A stretch of 64,000 bases of DNA from Felis catus (taxonomy: Eukaryota), in contig NC_058383.1 in the NCBI RefSeq assembly GCF_018350175.1, positions 29,946,001 through 30,010,000 of the forward strand. The letters run 5' to 3'. Under the pieces are notes generated by a model. The model saw only the letters and a list, made by a program, of their open reading frames with translations, did no database searches and had not been told where the DNA came from. This document shows, piece after piece, positions 59,983 to 64,000 of the stretch. The position numbers and the translations under genes were made by a program. Within the stretch, counting starts at the first letter, position 1, and each line of letters begins with the position of its first letter.

Positions 59983-60520
59983 TTTAGGATACTTTTGGAG
60001 GCAAGCAACAAATTGCACTTTCAGCTGGCTTGAATTGTATGTCACTAAGTGCTGCCTGTAACAGGAAACTCAGAAGTATGGCAGGCTTCAACATGGGTTG
60101 ATTCAAAGGGTGAACAATGATATAAGGATCCAGGCTCTTTCGAGCTTTCTTCTGTGCTTGCCTCAGTGTTGGCTTCACCCATAGGCTGGTCACAAGACGG
60201 TTGAAGTTACAGTCTTCATGTCTAGACCAGAAAACAGCCAGGAATGGAAGAGGGGGAGACTGTCCTCGGAAAGGGGAGATTTTTCCCAGAAGTCTCCAGC
60301 GATTTGCTCTGGTCTCACCCACATTTTGTCACATGCCCATTCCGAGTCCATCAGGAGAATAGGATTTCCTCCAGAACAACCAGGGCAACTTTGGAGCGAG
60401 GCTGAAATCAGCCCTTCAGAAGCATGGAGAAATCATGGTACCTGAAGAAAACTGTCTGTCTGTGAGGAAGAAAGAAAGGGCGATAGATCTGGGTGGGCAA
60501 AATTAGGGTCTACTCTACAT
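59983..60520 (-). mobile_element. MLT1K/L-like MaLR LTR
   Basis: ttaggatacttttggaggcaagcaaca...ggcaggcttca...caggctctttc. Confidence 0.7.
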
Positions 60521-61908
60521 AGGTACTGTTATTCCTCTTGAATATAGAAGGAAACTGAAGGTCTGAAAGGTTAAGTAATTTCACGTGGTCATCATTATCA
60601 AAAGTGGAACTTGAACTCAATTATGTATGACCCTAAAATATATGTGCTTTAGGGACACACTAAAGCTTTATGGGGTATGGAGAGGAGGTGTGACCATTTT
60701 TATTGAGCATGTCCATGTGCTGGGCACTATGGCGACACTTTATGAGAATCTTACTGAATTCCTTTAGCCAACAGTGAACCAGGCATTTTAGTTCCATTTA
60801 ACGGGGGTGTGGTAAACTGAGGTTAAAACAGGGGATGAGGCTTACTGCAGACCACTAGTCTAAGTAAAAAAAAACAAAAACAAAAAAAACCCTCCAAAAT
60901 TGAATCCATGTCTGTCTGGTTCCAAAGCCCAAACTTTTCCTCTGACCCCAAAATAACTGAATACCATTCTCACATTCTTCTATTATATGGGATTCATATG
61001 AAGAAAATCCACACTTTTAATGAGGATCCTGATGAATTTCAGTTCAATGACCCAGTTTTTTTCTAACGTTTCTTTTAGAATCAGGTACTTTCCAAATACA
61101 TGCCCCAATGAGCTTCTCTCTCTTTTCGCCCTCTGAGCTCTGTGACCTCTTCTTTCCACCTGCTTCACTGCAAACTTATAGGATAAAATATTTTCATTGG
61201 GTGCTCCAATACCCTCTGTGATGTTTGGGGCCAGGAGTGTGGGAATGGCCCCCTTGGCTTGCCTCCTCTACTGCCTCAGTTGTGAGGAAGGGGAGAAGTA
61301 AGTAGACTGTGGTCGCATGAAACCTAGGTCACAATCAGATCTTGGGTGGCAAGCCCTCAGAAGTTTCTGCTCTTTGTTCTCTTAAGATCCCTTTTAGTTT
61401 GAAGACAGGGAAAGGAATTCTGGTTAGTTGAGGAGCCAGGAAGTATATTAGTATTTAATTTTAACAATGTCCACATGAAATCTCGGTATCCTTTGTAGAG
61501 GTGAAAAACCTGTGGTTTGCAAAGACAAAATAACTACCCAAGATAACACAGGTGAGGGAGGGTCTGACTCTAAATATTTCATTTTTCTCTTGTGCTTCCT
61601 GGACTGTAAATTCCTATAGAGGCATCTGGCAGAGTCCTATACTTCTTTGCATCCTTCTTCTATATCCTATGCATAGTCATATTAATTTATTTTGGTTGCA
61701 GGTAACAGAAACCCACTCAGACTAGCAGAAGCAAGATGAAGTAATTTTAAGGATACTGATATATTACAGAGCATAAGAGCAGGCCTATGTCTCAGTAGAA
61801 AATGGGAATAATCAGGTCTTAAATGCCAGTCGACTTTCCCTCCATTATATGAGATTCCCTAAATGTTTGCTACCATCTTCTTGTTCACTGGATAACAGTT
61901 TCCTTTAG

Positions 61909-61912
<4 letters not shown>

Positions 61913-61950
<38 letters not shown>
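61913..61950. repeat. (CA)n microsatellite
   Basis: Seen directly. Confidence 0.98.
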
Positions 61951-61953
<3 letters not shown>

Positions 61954-62000
61954 TGGTGCCTCTAGTTTACATGTGACTAGATTATTCATGCAGAAGCCCT

Positions 62001-62077
62001 TTCTTCCATCTCCCTCTCCCTCTCCCTCTCCCTCCCCCTCCCCCTCCCCCTCCCCCTCTCCCTCTCCATCTCCCTCT
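62001..62077. repeat. (CCCTCT/CCCCCT)n polypyrimidine tract
   Basis: Seen directly. Confidence 0.95.
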
Positions 62078-62704
62078 GCATTTCAACCCATTCTAAATTC
62101 TATGCTTTCAGGGAAAAGATTACTTGGCAAGGCTAAGTTTTATATCTAACCTTAGACCAGTCACCTGTACCTAAAGGCTGGGAGTAAAGTTGTAGCAAAA
62201 TGGTGGCTCCCCTTGTAACTTCACGGGTAAGAGGGAGGGGGATGTGATCTCAGAAAAATGTGAGTGGGTGAGTTTAGAAATTGTAGTTGTACTGGATAGA
62301 CAACTTAATGGTTATCTTTTACAATAAATATTATAGTATATACTCAATGAGAAGATTGAGTAAGTAAAACATGGAGAAGAGTGCCTGTTCAAGTAAAAAC
62401 TTTATAAATGTGCAGGTCATAGAGTTGGTCACTCAACAGTGTGGATTTATTCCCTGCTTGGAGTCTTGAGGTGAAAACCAGATTGAGTTGCCATTTGGAA
62501 AGGAGAAAAAGTCAGTGTCTCAGGGGGACATGAGTAAAAGGCCATGGAGTTTTTAGAACTAAAATTGGTGCACACTTATCTCTAAGGCAGAGGTCCTTTG
62601 GCTACAGGGAGGCTCAAAGTATTTGCGGATTTTTTTCTCCTTCACTTAAGATTGTGTTCTTAACCAGGGATGCACGTATGGATTTTCTTTTTTTTTCCCG
62701 CAGA

Positions 62705-62855
62705 ATTTATCTCAACTACTTTTGCTTTGAAAATCCTGATGCATAGATCCCACCTCCAGGGATTCTAACTCATTTGGTCTGGGCTGGGGCACATGCCATC
62801 ATTTTTCAAAAAGCTTCCAAGGTGAGTCTAATGCACACAGAAGGGAGAGCTGCTG
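62705..62855. mobile_element. MER5A-like MITE
   Basis: gattctaactcatttggtctgggctgggg...aaaagcttccaaggtgagtctaatgcac. Confidence 0.7.
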
Positions 62856-64000
62856 ATTTAATGTAAGAAGCAGTTGCCTAAGGACCTGAACCTATTCCAA
62901 GAAGACACCAAGACCAACACTAAGCCATGTGATCACAGGCAAGCAGTGAAGGTGTCGTCTGCCCGAGGCAGACATTGGCAAAGCTCTAAAGTCATGTCTT
63001 CTCCAGGAAGGGCTGCGCTGAATCCACTGATGGGCCTCTTCTGGAATAAGACAGGTTTCTGATAATTACAAGAGAAATAACTGAAACTCAGGTGGATCTC
63101 GTTAGTGTCAAGAACACTCCTACTGGCTCCAATTTACTCTGCCCTTTTAATTCATCATCTCCCTTTTGAAATGCTATTATAGCATATTAGGAAAAGCACT
63201 TGAGACCCAGGGTGATGGGCTAACAGTTTCAAGTGGCCGTTCCTGATATCCAGCCAGACTTCAAGAATGGAAGGAGAATACATACGTGCTGCATTCGCTC
63301 ACTCCAGGGAAGGCCACTCCGGTGTCGCCATTTGTTCACTTTCTAGATGGTTCCAACTGCCCGGCCTAGACAAAGTTGATAAGACAACCTTGAATCTATA
63401 CACTTTGCAACCTACCAACCTCCCTCACAAATGTCTCCGTGTTCCCAGAGGACGATAGCATGAACCAGAGGAGGTATATAAGATGATTTTAAGTGGTACA
63501 TGGAGATTTTTAATAGTTATCTTAATGCATATTAGGAGAATGTGATTTCACAGATACCATTTCATATAATAAAGTAGATGATTAAGGGGTTTTTTTTTCC
63601 TCCCCTTTTCAGTAAGCTGGTTTAAAGGGAAATGTTGATTTCAACTGGTAGGTAGATAGGTAAGAAGTTATGATGTGCTTTGAGGATGATAAAAGTTGGG
63701 GGAACACTTAGTTTGAGGCATCACCAACAACCCAGGGTAGATACTTGTCATTTGTTCTGAGCTGCATTTTATGGGGTAAGGAAACTGGGGGCTTTGAGAG
63801 CTTAAATGATTCAACGAATTTTTTTTTTATAGGCTTATATCCAGGCCAGGCTTCTTTCTACCACATGACTCTTCTACAGAGAGGCAGTGTTTAAGCCATA
63901 ACCTTTGTTTTTCTAGCAGGTGAGGAAGGGTCTTTCAGAGTCATCTAACCATCCCTCCATTGTACCTTTCCAGGATTAGTGATGCATGTGGCTCTGCATA

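Larger units (their letters stand above)
61675..62322 (-). mobile_element. Old MLT1-like LTR containing microsatellites
   Basis: ttggttgcaggtaacagaaacccactcagactagc. Confidence 0.6.

Overview
Mammalian, almost certainly felid (cat family), non-coding genomic DNA. About 34 tRNA-derived Can-SINEs of feliform type (SINEC_Fc-like, roughly 11% of the window) lie among older eutherian repeats: L1M/L1_Carn fragments, L2, L3/CR1, MIR, MaLR/ERVL/ERV1 LTRs, and Tigger/hAT DNA transposons. I find no credible protein-coding exon, RNA gene or CRISPR array. The ORF track is explained by chance, SINE read-through and decayed L1/L2/Tigger1 coding remnants. Several repeat-free islands rich in homeodomain, POU, Sox and bHLH motifs look like developmental enhancers, so the window is probably part of a gene desert or a very large intron. 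I cannot name the locus. I found no convincing new biological system. The best leads are a CpG-retaining solo LTR with promoter motifs but no canonical poly(A) signal, candidate enhancers, a SINE at a deletion junction in Tigger1, closely spaced inverted SINE pairs, and nested insertions with clean TSDs. Repeat family names come from recalled consensus similarity and need RepeatMasker/Dfam confirmation. Boundaries of old repeats are approximate.
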